DNA of 59,257 nucleotides, counting the filler. It is 10 parts of 10 records of this genome, joined end to end, with 100 filler letters (N's around TTAATTAATTAA, not from the genome) between each part and the next. Parts side by side here need not be neighbours in the genome. Positions count along the whole stretch, not along the records: positions 1 to 5,090 come from SRR31147125_118764; positions 5,191 to 12,408 come from SRR31147125_119254; 8 more parts are not named here. The stretch is one strand, 5' to 3'. The notes below the pieces were generated by a model. It was not told the DNA's origin, searched no databases, and saw only the letters and a program-made list of their open reading frames with translations. Below are positions 1 to 9,081 of the stretch, one piece after another; the stretch's first letter is position 1, and each line of letters begins with the position of its first letter. Both the position numbers and the translations under genes were made by a program.

Positions 1-1
1 A

Positions 2-997
2 AAAAGAGTTTCCAATTGGATTCGTCTTAACCTTTTTATTCCTGATGCAAAAATAGGTTGGCTACCATACGCCATTAGAGAAGGAAAAAAAATAATACAA
101 GAAGAAAAACCTGATATTATTTTTTCCTCATCGCCCCCGCCTACAGTACATCTTATAGCTAAAAAACTCGCGAAATGGAGTGGAATAAAATGGGTAGCCG
201 ATTTCCGCGATCCCTGGACTGATATTCATTATTTACAAAATCAAAAAATTAATCCCCTATCTAAAAAAATCAATAAGAATCTTGAAAAAAATGTGATTCA
301 GACATGTGATTCAGCAACTTGTGTAAGTGAAAATTTTGTGAATTTATTGACCAATCAATTCAATGCAAAATTTAATATCATTACTAATGGATTCGATATT
401 GAGACAAGTTTCAAGGTAAAAAAGAATACTGAAAGATTTACAATTTTATATATTGGAGGATTAACACATAATAGATACTATCCATTATTCTTTCAATCTA
501 TTGTAACGATTCAAAAGCAAATAAAAACAAAAAATTTAGACTTAATAATTGTTGGTAGTATTGAACCGGGAATACTTAATGAAATAAAAGAAAAGTTAGA
601 AAATATAGAAAATGTTCATTTTGTGGATTATGTTGCGCACAGCAAAGCAATTGAATATATGCAAAAAGCCGATCTTCTTTTGCTTTTCCTCGAAAAAGCA
701 GTAGGATATGAAGGACATATTCCAGGGAAACTTTTTGAATATATTTCTACCGGAAACAGAATTTTAGGAATTGGAAATAAAAATGGTGAATCTGCGCAAA
801 TTCTATTAGAGACAAATACAGGGAAGATTTATGACCCACAAGATACTGAAGAAATAGAAAAAGAATTAATCAGGCAATTTTCAAGCTGGGAGAAAAATAT
901 ACCACACGAAATTAATTTGAAAAAAATTAACCGTTTTACACGTAAAAACCTTACTAAAGAATTGGCTCGTTTGTTTAATGAGATTACAATGGCTTAG
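2..997 (+). CDS. Glycosyltransferase family 4 (GT-B), 5'-truncated
   Basis: The frame is open from base 2 (NWIRLNLFIPDAKIGW...SSPPPTVH...WVADFRDPW), with ITNGFD and C-terminal ADLLLL...IPGKLFEY motifs typical of GT4. Confidence 0.85.
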   Translation, partial: KRVSNWIRLNLFIPDAKIGWLPYAIREGKKIIQEEKPDIIFSSSPPPTVHLIAKKLAKWSGIKWVADFRDPWTDIHYLQNQKINPLSKKINKNLEKNVIQTCDSATCVSENFVNLLTNQFNAKFNIITNGFDIETSFKVKKNTERFTILYIGGLTHNRYYPLFFQSIVTIQKQIKTKNLDLIIVGSIEPGILNEIKEKLENIENVHFVDYVAHSKAIEYMQKADLLLLFLEKAVGYEGHIPGKLFEYISTGNRILGIGNKNGESAQILLETNTGKIYDPQDTEEIEKELIRQFSSWEKNIPHEINLKKINRFTRKNLTKELARLFNEITMA

Positions 998-1314
998 TTT
1001 CAATAAAAATAGTCTTTATAGTACTTTCTAGTCTTAATGTTCTTCAACATTATATAGGTTAAGGTATTGCGCCTTAAAACTACTTTCCATAATTTGTACT
1101 TCGTTGAGTACAAAATGATATAAATTATAACACCCTCAAAAAAAATTTCAATTGAAATATACGTATTCCCAAAACATACAATTTCCAAAAAAATGTTGTC
1201 TTTTTGCAGAGATGACATCTGTCGATCAAAAAAAACCGTCACCTGTGCCTTGCTCGCAAAAGATGACGGTTATTTCAATAATTACTATTTATAAATCATT
1301 AAAACATGTTAAAG

Positions 1315-1635
1315 ATGTCAAATTTAACCGAATCAAAAAAACGGGATTTTATCAATCAGTTTATTGTATTAATTGAACAAAACGTACAGTTATTAACCGA
1401 TGCAGGCTTAGACCCGGCAAATAAAATTGCCCAGTTAAAACAGTTGTCTATCGAGGCCGATGCAGCAGAAGCCCGGCAACAGGAAACAATGGCAGCAGCA
1501 AAAGATGCCACAAAAGATGCCAATAACAAACTTAACGCTGCTTATACCAATGCATCGGCATTTGTCGATCTGGTATCCGGATTATTAGGTAAAAACAATA
1601 ACCTGCTTAAGGAGATCAAAAAAATGAGAAATTGA
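1315..1635 (+). CDS. Small alpha-helical/coiled-coil hypothetical protein (~106 aa; alternative start at 1306)
   Basis: Clean Ala/Gln/Lys-rich ORF with higher GC than its flanks, followed directly by a strong hairpin. Confidence 0.75.
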   Translation: MSNLTESKKRDFINQFIVLIEQNVQLLTDAGLDPANKIAQLKQLSIEADAAEARQQETMAAAKDATKDANNKLNAAYTNASAFVDLVSGLLGKNNNLLKEIKKMRN

Positions 1636-1642
1636 TCTACAA

Positions 1643-1678
1643 AAGGATGACATCCGTCGATTGACGGATGTCATCCTT
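1643..1678. terminator. Perfect 16-bp inverted repeat, probable bidirectional terminator
   Basis: aaggatgacatccgtc-gatt-gacggatgtcatcctt lies between two convergent ORFs. Confidence 0.75.
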
Positions 1679-1711
1679 CTTACTTAAAAAATTGTAAAAA
1701 TCCTTCCGGCC

Positions 1712-1921
1712 TGAATCCTTTTACCTTTCAGGATAATCATTCTAACTTCTTCCAAATCCTTTCTACCTTTTAGTATATCAACAATACTTTTGAGTAAAAC
1801 CATTCTCCCTTTAGGTATATTTTCCCTACCCATGGGTAAAACCTTTTTACCTGCGGGTAAAATCATTCTACCCTTAGGTACAAGACTTCTACCCAAAAGT
1901 ATAGGAATAATTCCCTTGAGG
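1712..1921. repeat. Degenerate 21-nt tandem repeat (~10 units); encodes a 7-aa repeat on the minus strand (ORF 1684-1896)
   Basis: Units include aaaaccattctccctttaggt, atattttccctacccatgggt, aaaacctttttacctgcgggt and aaaatcattctacccttaggt; translation SLVPKGR MILPAGK KVLPMGR ENIPKGR. Confidence 0.8.
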
Positions 1922-2302
1922 ATAAGTCCTATGTCTCGGTTTTTCTTATATTAAAACTAATTATGAAACGCCTGAAAACCTTACAAATAAAGGAGAATAT
2001 AAGATTTAACTTAATTTCCTTTAACAAATTAAATCTCCATAAATAAGTTTAACAATACTACATTGTCTCAATCCCAAAATATTAACATCAATTTTTCTAT
2101 CTGTTTTATAAATAACTTTTATTTTTACTGGTGATATTGAATAGTAAAATGAAGATTGAAAAAAGTCGCTATTCTAGTATTGAGTAGCACTTAGTAGTTT
2201 TCCTTTTTGGGAATAAGATAATTTATTAAAAAACAAGCACAGTTTTTATCTGGGACACTCCTCCAAGAATGAAAACTTATATATTTTTAATTATTATTAG
2301 AT

Positions 2303-3307
2303 ATGGAAAAGATTTCATTTATATACACAACATATACAACATTTGTTAAAACTGATTTTGAAATACTTAACGAAGAATTTAAAGTCGAAAAATATCATTT
2401 TAAACCCAGAAAAGGATTATTGGGTTTTTGGCAAATAATTAAACAATTATTTTTTTTAATAACATTGGGGTGGAAATACGATATCTTTTATATTTGGTTT
2501 GCCGATTATCATTCATTTCTTCCTGTATTATTTGCAAAATTATTTAATAAAAAATCATTTGTTGTTATCGGTGGATACGATGTGTGTAGAATTCCATCAA
2601 TTCATTATGGCGTTTTCTATAACAAATTAAGAGGCTACTTTGCAATTAACACAATGAGGTACTGTACAAATAACCTGACTGTTTCAAGTTATGTTGATCG
2701 AATTGTAAAAGCAATTGCACCTAAAACGAATAGAACACTTATTTATAATGGAGTAAGACTAAAAAATGATTTGAATCAAAGATTTCAAAAAGAACAAATC
2801 ATATTAACAGTGGGAATAATCGATGATGAAAGAACTTTTCTAAGAAAAGGAATTGATACATTTATTGCTGTAGCAAAATTATTTCCATCCTATCAATTCA
2901 TATGTATTGGAATTAATAAACAAAAGTTAAAAAGTTTGATTCAGGATATCCCGGAAAATCTAAAGGTTTATGAAAGAGTAGAACAAAAAAAACTAATCGA
3001 TTATTATAAAAAAGCAAAAATATATGCACAATTCTCCCGGATGGATACATTTTGTCTTGCCTTAGCTGAAGCTATGCTTTTTGATTGTATTCCTGTTATT
3101 AACAATATTGGTGGAATGCCTGAGGTAATGGGTGAAAGTGGGTATCTGGTTAAACGAGATCTTTTAGAGATTACAACTGTCATCAAAGATATTATTAATA
3201 ATAAAAATAAAATAAAAGAAGTTGGCGCTAAAAGAATTGTTTCTAAATTTAGTTTTAACACACGCAAAATTAAGTTATTAGATATAATTCATTCTGATAA
3301 TATTTAA
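2303..3307 (+). CDS. Glycosyltransferase family 4
   Basis: LIYNGV, RKGID and SRMDTFCLALAEAM (E-x7-E-like) followed by GGMPEV. Confidence 0.9.
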   Translation: MEKISFIYTTYTTFVKTDFEILNEEFKVEKYHFKPRKGLLGFWQIIKQLFFLITLGWKYDIFYIWFADYHSFLPVLFAKLFNKKSFVVIGGYDVCRIPSIHYGVFYNKLRGYFAINTMRYCTNNLTVSSYVDRIVKAIAPKTNRTLIYNGVRLKNDLNQRFQKEQIILTVGIIDDERTFLRKGIDTFIAVAKLFPSYQFICIGINKQKLKSLIQDIPENLKVYERVEQKKLIDYYKKAKIYAQFSRMDTFCLALAEAMLFDCIPVINNIGGMPEVMGESGYLVKRDLLEITTVIKDIINNKNKIKEVGAKRIVSKFSFNTRKIKLLDIIHSDNI

Positions 3308-3337
3308 TAAATCACAAAGAATTCAAGTAGATTTTAA

Positions 3338-4504
3338 CTATTCATTAAAAATTAAATCCATAAGTTTATTAAGATCTTTCTTTTGCCTAAATGCTAAATC
3401 TTTTACTCTGCTAATCCCTTCATTGCATTGGTTATTATAAAAATCAACATCATTTAAAAGTTGTAATATTCTATTTTCAATTTCCATGATGTTATACGGA
3501 TTGAAATAATTTGCTCCATTGCGACAAACCTCATAAATAGCAGATGTTGCAGCAGCTAACACTGGCGTTCCATATTGCATCGCCTCAAGGGGAGGAATAC
3601 CAAACCCTTCTTGTAAACTCGGATAAACAATACCATATGCATTCTTTAACAGGCATTTCAATGATTCATCATCAACATAACCACTAAAAATAAAATTATC
3701 TTTATTCTTTACTTGCATTATCTTTTTAGAACCCCTTACTCCCAATACAAGAATTTTTCTTTTTTCTAACAAGCTCTTGCTTGCCAAATTATCGAATGCT
3801 TGAATTGCACGATGTGCATTTTTGAACCATCGCCCTGCACTAATCATCAAAAAATATTCATTTGGTACAACATTGAATGAATTTAACAAACTCAAGTTAT
3901 TAATGTTGTTCTTAGGTTTTATGCTCAGCTCCGGATAAGGACAATACAGAACATGTATTCTTTCTTCGTTTAAATGTGGGTAATTTAATAATATTGAATA
4001 TTTGGTATGGTTCGAAACTGTTACAATCTGAAGTTTCGGATGATTAATAATTTTTGATAATTGATTTTTCTGGCGATTAGAATCATAAGCAGGAATAAGT
4101 TTTGAAATTAAAATCTGTTTCCACCTACCAATTAACGTTTTTCGATAAAGATATCTTGTTTTATCATTTGGAACTTCTATAAATCTGAGATCATGAATTG
4201 TTACAATTGGAATTATATCTTTAGATATATTGAAATTAGTATTTGTCAAAGAACCGAAGTAAATTCTATCATAATTGTTCTCAAAAACAATCTTTTCAAA
4301 CTCAGATTTTTTACTATACCTAAATAAATTACAGTTGTATCTTAAAACTAATTTTTCAATTTTTTTTGGCAATTCCAATTTATCGTTATAAATACAATCT
4401 ATTTGAAATCCCAGAGTTAATAACTTATCTAATACAACAGTGGTGTAAATCCCAGATCCATTAGCTATCCATTGTGTAGGAGTAATATCAAATAGTAACT
4501 TCAT
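3338..4504 (-). CDS. Glycosyltransferase family 4 (mannosyltransferase-like)
   Basis: VTIHDL, TVSNHTK and YPSLQEGFGIPPLEAM motifs. Confidence 0.9.
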   Translation of the reverse strand: MKLLFDITPTQWIANGSGIYTTVVLDKLLTLGFQIDCIYNDKLELPKKIEKLVLRYNCNLFRYSKKSEFEKIVFENNYDRIYFGSLTNTNFNISKDIIPIVTIHDLRFIEVPNDKTRYLYRKTLIGRWKQILISKLIPAYDSNRQKNQLSKIINHPKLQIVTVSNHTKYSILLNYPHLNEERIHVLYCPYPELSIKPKNNINNLSLLNSFNVVPNEYFLMISAGRWFKNAHRAIQAFDNLASKSLLEKRKILVLGVRGSKKIMQVKNKDNFIFSGYVDDESLKCLLKNAYGIVYPSLQEGFGIPPLEAMQYGTPVLAAATSAIYEVCRNGANYFNPYNIMEIENRILQLLNDVDFYNNQCNEGISRVKDLAFRQKKDLNKLMDLIFNE

Positions 4505-4521
4505 AAGAAAACTCTTTAATC

Positions 4522-5090
4522 CTAATTTTTAATAAAATAAGTTCTAATAACCGATTCACGTTCAATGTTTTTTAAATCCCGATACTTAGTATCCTTAAAT
4601 TCAAATACTGGTTTAGCATCCAAAGAAAAAGGTGGCTTATTTATAAAAATGCCAGAATTGAAGAACAATCTATTTTCATGACCAGCTGGCTTGTCAACAT
4701 TTACAGTTATCCTTTCAACAGGCAAGTGTTCACTAATTAGAATGTATTTATACTTATGTGCTTTTTTTAGTATTTGTTGAATTTGAAAATTACTTAAATG
4801 TTGTAATACTTGCCTAATAACAATAAGTTCGCCTTCGGGCAATTCATCATTTATTGCATCAAGGCACACAAATTTTATTCGATCGTTGCCGTATGTGTTC
4901 TGATTATGATTTATTAGTTGAGGAACAATATCAACTCCAATAAAATTTAAACCAGAGTCATTTTCAACTACTTCTTTCATAACTCGATAATCTCCACATC
5001 CCAAATCAACAATATTTTTGATAGAATTCTCTTCAATAAATTTAATTAAGAATTTTATATATTCTTTCACATTAGAAGTAGTTGATCCGG
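4522..5090 (-). CDS. Class I SAM-dependent methyltransferase, 5'-truncated
   Basis: IVDLGCGD motif I, GVDIV and RQVLQHL; the frame runs into the contig end. Confidence 0.85.
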
Positions 5091-5190
5091 NNNNNNNNNN
5101 NNNNNNNNNNNNNNNNNNNNNNNNNNNNNNNNNNTTAATTAATTAANNNNNNNNNNNNNNNNNNNNNNNNNNNNNNNNNNNNNNNNNNNN
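5091..5190. other. Artificial contig spacer (others at 12409-12508, 17729-17828, 24715-24814, 30500-30599, 36889-36988, 42501-42600, 48211-48310, 53906-54005)
   Basis: Identical 100-nt N blocks containing TTAATTAATTAA (stops in all six frames); composition and gene content change abruptly across them. Confidence 0.98.
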
Positions 5191-5455
5191 CGATGCCCCG
5201 GCCCCGGCCGTAGGGACTGGTCACCAGCTTGTAGATGAGGTACTCGCGGTAGTCGGCGGATACATAGGTAAGCAGATAGCCCAGGATCTCTCCCTCCTCG
5301 ATCCAGATATAGCTATGGTCCAGATCCTTCCTCGTGGAGGGATCGTTGATATAGGGAGAGGGAATGATGAAGGTATCGATATTCAGCAGCGGATTGTTTC
5401 TGATCCGCTCTTCAATCTCGGGCGTGAGGTTTCGGATGGCATCAACAGGTTCCAT
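5191..5455 (-). CDS. GNAT-family acetyltransferase domain protein, 3'-truncated
   Basis: GEILGYLL...IYKLVTSPYGRGRGI resembles GNAT motif A. Confidence 0.6.
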
Positions 5456-5672
5456 GAGGCTATTCTAATGCGGAAGCCTGCCGTTAGTGCTTCACAGCCT
5501 GGAGAAAAGAATAATTATTCAGTGCATCGCAGATTGGGGAAACTGGATTCATCCAGGTGAAGTACAGCCCCAAAACCACGATCCATGGCTGCAGGAGCCG
5601 TAGTAAACAGTCATTTCCCGGCCTTCCCCAATCTGCGATGCACTGGAAAATCGCCATAAGTTATCGCTTCTG

Positions 5673-7278
5673 TCAGCCGTTCAACCTGGCGAAATGCCTG
5701 CGGTTGGAGGCGTACAGCCGGCGGAACACGTCGTAATTCCGCCGATAAACCGCGGCATTCGCAGAAACCGGTTCGAAGGTATCCAGGATTTCCAGGTAGT
5801 CCATGGCATCGTCAAAGCTGTCGATGATGCCCAGGCCGACACCCATTGCGATGGCGGCGCCGGCGGCGCCGGCATGGCGGGGATCGGCCAGACGGCGGAC
5901 AGGAGCTCCAGGATATCGGCGAGCATCTGCGCCATCACCGGCGAGAGGGCGCCGCCTCCCACGAAGCCGACCGGCCTGTCGACAGGGAAGCTCCTGCGAA
6001 TGGAATCCATCAACCATTTCTGGTGGAATATGATTCCTTCAACAACCGCTCTAATCATGGCGTTCTTGCCGGTGCTCAGCGACAGGTTGAAGAATATGCC
6101 CCGGGAAGAAGGATCCTCAAAAGGCGATCTGTTCCCATGGAGCCAGGGAGTGAAGATCACCCCACCGGACCCCGGATCAACAGTCGAGATGGTATCGATC
6201 AGGAACTCATAGAGGCTTTCATATTCGGATTCGGGTTCGTCGGCCACATTGCGTGTGTCCAGGTGAACGCCTATTTCGTCCAGGGCCAGGTGATCGCGAA
6301 CCCATTCCAGGCATTTCCCGGCGGTTTCCTGCTCGCCGAAGTAGATGAATCGGTTCTTCTGGGCACCAGTGATGCCGGCGATATGACGGTTGACGTCCAC
6401 TTTGGAAACGTCTGTAATCCGTGCCACCCAGCCGGAAGTGCCGGTGTAGACGTAGGCATCCCCTTCCCGTGTGGCCCCGGCTCCGACGCTGATCATCGAA
6501 GCATCGCCGCCGCCGCCGAAGACCCGAACGCCCGGAGACAGTCCGAGAGAGTAGGCGGACTCGTCGGTCAATAGCCCGACAACATCGGTGGAGCCGACGA
6601 TTTTCGGCATGTGGGCCGGATTGACGCCGTACATCTTCAGCAGAGCGGACTCCATCTCCGGTGTTCGTGCTTCTTCGAAGTAAGGAACGTGGCAAAAGCG
6701 GAATCCGCCGTCATCGAAGCCACGCCGGTGGCCCGGGCGATGAGGTAATCCTTCACGTCCAGCCATTTATGAGCCCGGTCGAACGCATCAGGCTCATTCT
6801 CTTCAACCCATTTGTATTTCCAGACGGGATCTTTCACGGAAACCGAAGCGGCACCGTTGATGGAAAGACTTTTGAGCAGCTTGAACAGGTTCACCCCTTC
6901 CACCTGGATGCCATGTTCCACCAGCTGGGCCTTCTGCCGTCCCGACCGCTGGTCCATGTAGCTCATGGCCGGACGTACCGGCTTGAGCTGATCATCCACG
7001 AGGACCAGTCCCTGCATCTGGGCACTGAAGGATATCCCGGCGATTTCAATGCCGGGATTCCTGTCCATGATGGCCCGGGTGGTCTCGGCCATGGCCGCCC
7101 ACCAGTCGTCGGCATCCTGTTCCACGCCGCCGTTTTCCAGTGTCTTGAGGGTGTACTCTCCCAGAGCGCTGTCCACAAGGCGGAGCCGATCTCCCAGGCT
7201 GTAGAGGCAGGTTTTGCATCCGGTGGAACCGATGTCGTAGCTGATGAGCATGACGCTGCTGTCCATGTCGCCTCCCAT
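5673..7278 (-). CDS. FGGY-family carbohydrate kinase (xylulokinase-like), split by two apparent 1-nt frameshifts (~6650, ~5908)
   Basis: YDIGSTGCK, SAQMQG, DQRS, GGGDAS, GTSGW, PWLHGNRSP, RAVVEG and GGGALS are spread over three consecutive ORFs (6637-7278, 5681-6766, 5673-6017). Confidence 0.88.
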
Positions 7279-7280
7279 GC

Positions 7281-7943
7281 CTATCCGGATATACCGAGGG
7301 TCCGCTTGAGGATGCGCCCCATCTGGGCCCGGAGCTCAGCCTGACGATCGAAGATGTCGTCGCCGAGATAAATTTTCATCCGGTTCTGCCAGTAAGGCGA
7401 ACTCAGGGAAAACTGGAGGGTAAGGAAGAAATTGTCCATCACGAAGGCGTCGTAGGCGGCATCGTCCCCTTCGGGGAGGAAACCTTCCTTCACCGCCTGG
7501 CCGATCAGTTCGGTGTACACTCCGGCCGTGGCACCTTCCATCCGTGCCGCCAGGCGCCTGGCCAGTTCTTCGTCGCTTTCGGCGGTGAACCTACTGTAGA
7601 GCCGGGTCATCAGATTGTACACTCCGGCGGTGGCGAGGATAGCGTCCAGAATGGAATCCACCTTCTGCTCGAGAGGAGTCTCAGCGGCGAGGATGGGTTC
7701 CAGAGCGTTCTCAATGAGAGAAAAACCGTAGTCCATCACCTCCAGATAGAGGTCGGACTTGGAGTCGAAGTATTTATACATCGAACCCACGCTGATTCCC
7801 GCCTCTTCGGCGATGATGTTGATGTTGGCGGCCGTGAAGCCCTTTTCGGCGAATTCACCGGCTGCGGCGGTGAGGATACGGAGCTGCTTTTCTTCCGGGA
7901 TCCGTTCGAAAGTATCCTTGTGGTAGGTGGTTCGTTCGTTCAT
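7281..7943 (-). CDS. TetR/AcrR family transcriptional regulator
   Basis: N-terminal HTH: ILTAAAGEFAEKGF...IAEEAGISVGSMYKYFDSKSDL. Confidence 0.92.
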   Translation of the reverse strand: MNERTTYHKDTFERIPEEKQLRILTAAAGEFAEKGFTAANINIIAEEAGISVGSMYKYFDSKSDLYLEVMDYGFSLIENALEPILAAETPLEQKVDSILDAILATAGVYNLMTRLYSRFTAESDEELARRLAARMEGATAGVYTELIGQAVKEGFLPEGDDAAYDAFVMDNFFLTLQFSLSSPYWQNRMKIYLGDDIFDRQAELRAQMGRILKRTLGISG

Positions 7944-7944
7944 G

Positions 7945-9081
7945 TCAGCCGGCCTTCCTGCTGTATTTCACCAGATAGATGAAGCGCATCAGGAGCGATT
8001 CGATGCGGCTGATGTTGTGACCGCCGCCGAGATACACGCTTTCGATGCTCGCCCGGCATCCCTTGGAGGCCACCATGGCGATGGCCGCAGCGTCTTCGGC
8101 ATCATTGCCATCACATACACAGCCGATTCCCGGGAGGAGCACCGCGCTCCGACGGCCTAGTCCAGTCCGTGTCAGGTACCTTCGAATCCTGCGGAAGCCT
8201 CCCCGGGCTGAAGGATGAACGACAGGAAGGTCCATCCCGATGATCTGCGCCAGGTCGTCCAGCATGGGCCTCACGGCAGTACCCCGGTCGGCGGCGGCGC
8301 GGATCCACCGGTCATCGGAGACCAGTATCACCCGGCCTTTCATCTTCCGGTTCAAGTATACTTGGAGGTCGCCGGAAATTTTGTCGGCGAAGGCCGGGTC
8401 AATTTCGCGGTATTCAGATGTGAGACCGGTCGCCGCCTTGGCGAGCATATCCTCATGAACACCGGTGGCATTGCCGTCCAGACCGCGAAACAGATTGAGG
8501 ATGTGCCGCTCCGCGGCGATTTCCAGGTAAGCGGCGATGTCGATGGCCGTATCGATATCAGCGCCCAGGCAGATGGCTCCGTGGTTGGAGAGCAGCATGG
8601 CCCGGCAGTCCGGACCAGCGGCAATCAGGGTTTTCTCCGATGCCTCGGCCAGTGGCCTGGTTGTCGGAAGTGCATAGGGAACACAGGGAATTTCCGCCCC
8701 TACCCGATCGGCATCACCGGCTGCATCCAGGGGATGAAAGCCTTTCCTGGCGGCGGCCAATGAAGAAGCCGCCGGCTGATGGGTGTGGATTACGGCCTTC
8801 ACATCCGAGCGGTTCCGGTACATGCGGGCATGAAGGTCTTTTTCAGACGATGGCTTCATATCTCCGCCCCAGGACAGATCATCCAGGGCCACCAGGGCCA
8901 TGTGCTCGGGTTCCAGGGTTTCGTAGTTCCGGCCTGAGGGCGTGATGAGAAAATGGGTGTCGCTCACCCTGGTGCTCAGATTGCCCCAGGTTCGGGCCAC
9001 GAGGCCCTTTTCCAGAAGTCGCCGGCCGGCATCGGCCAGGGCCTTTCGTTCGACTGGAAAATCACCGGCTGACGCGGACAT
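7945..9081 (-). CDS. Class II aldolase/adducin (FucA/AraD-like) protein with a degenerate second domain
   Basis: GLVARTWGNLS, ITPSG, KPSSE, HTH and LSNHG Zn-binding motifs. Confidence 0.88.
   Translation of the reverse strand: MSASAGDFPVERKALADAGRRLLEKGLVARTWGNLSTRVSDTHFLITPSGRNYETLEPEHMALVALDDLSWGGDMKPSSEKDLHARMYRNRSDVKAVIHTHQPAASSLAAARKGFHPLDAAGDADRVGAEIPCVPYALPTTRPLAEASEKTLIAAGPDCRAMLLSNHGAICLGADIDTAIDIAAYLEIAAERHILNLFRGLDGNATGVHEDMLAKAATGLTSEYREIDPAFADKISGDLQVYLNRKMKGRVILVSDDRWIRAAADRGTAVRPMLDDLAQIIGMDLPVVHPSARGGFRRIRRYLTRTGLGRRSAVLLPGIGCVCDGNDAEDAAAIAMVASKGCRASIESVYLGGGHNISRIESLLMRFIYLVKYSRKAG

Noticed and set aside
1712..1921. Possible CRISPR array
   Set aside because: The units are contiguous degenerate 21-mers with no unique spacers, and no cas genes are present.
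2240..2262. tgggacactc resembling an IS terminal inverted repeat
   Set aside because: It is too short, and no partner repeat or transposase was found.
5673..7278. FGGY kinase as a pseudogene or programmed frameshift
   Set aside because: Both breaks are repaired by adding one base to a short C or G run, and the same pattern occurs in essential genes on other contigs. Sequencing error is more likely; read inspection would decide.
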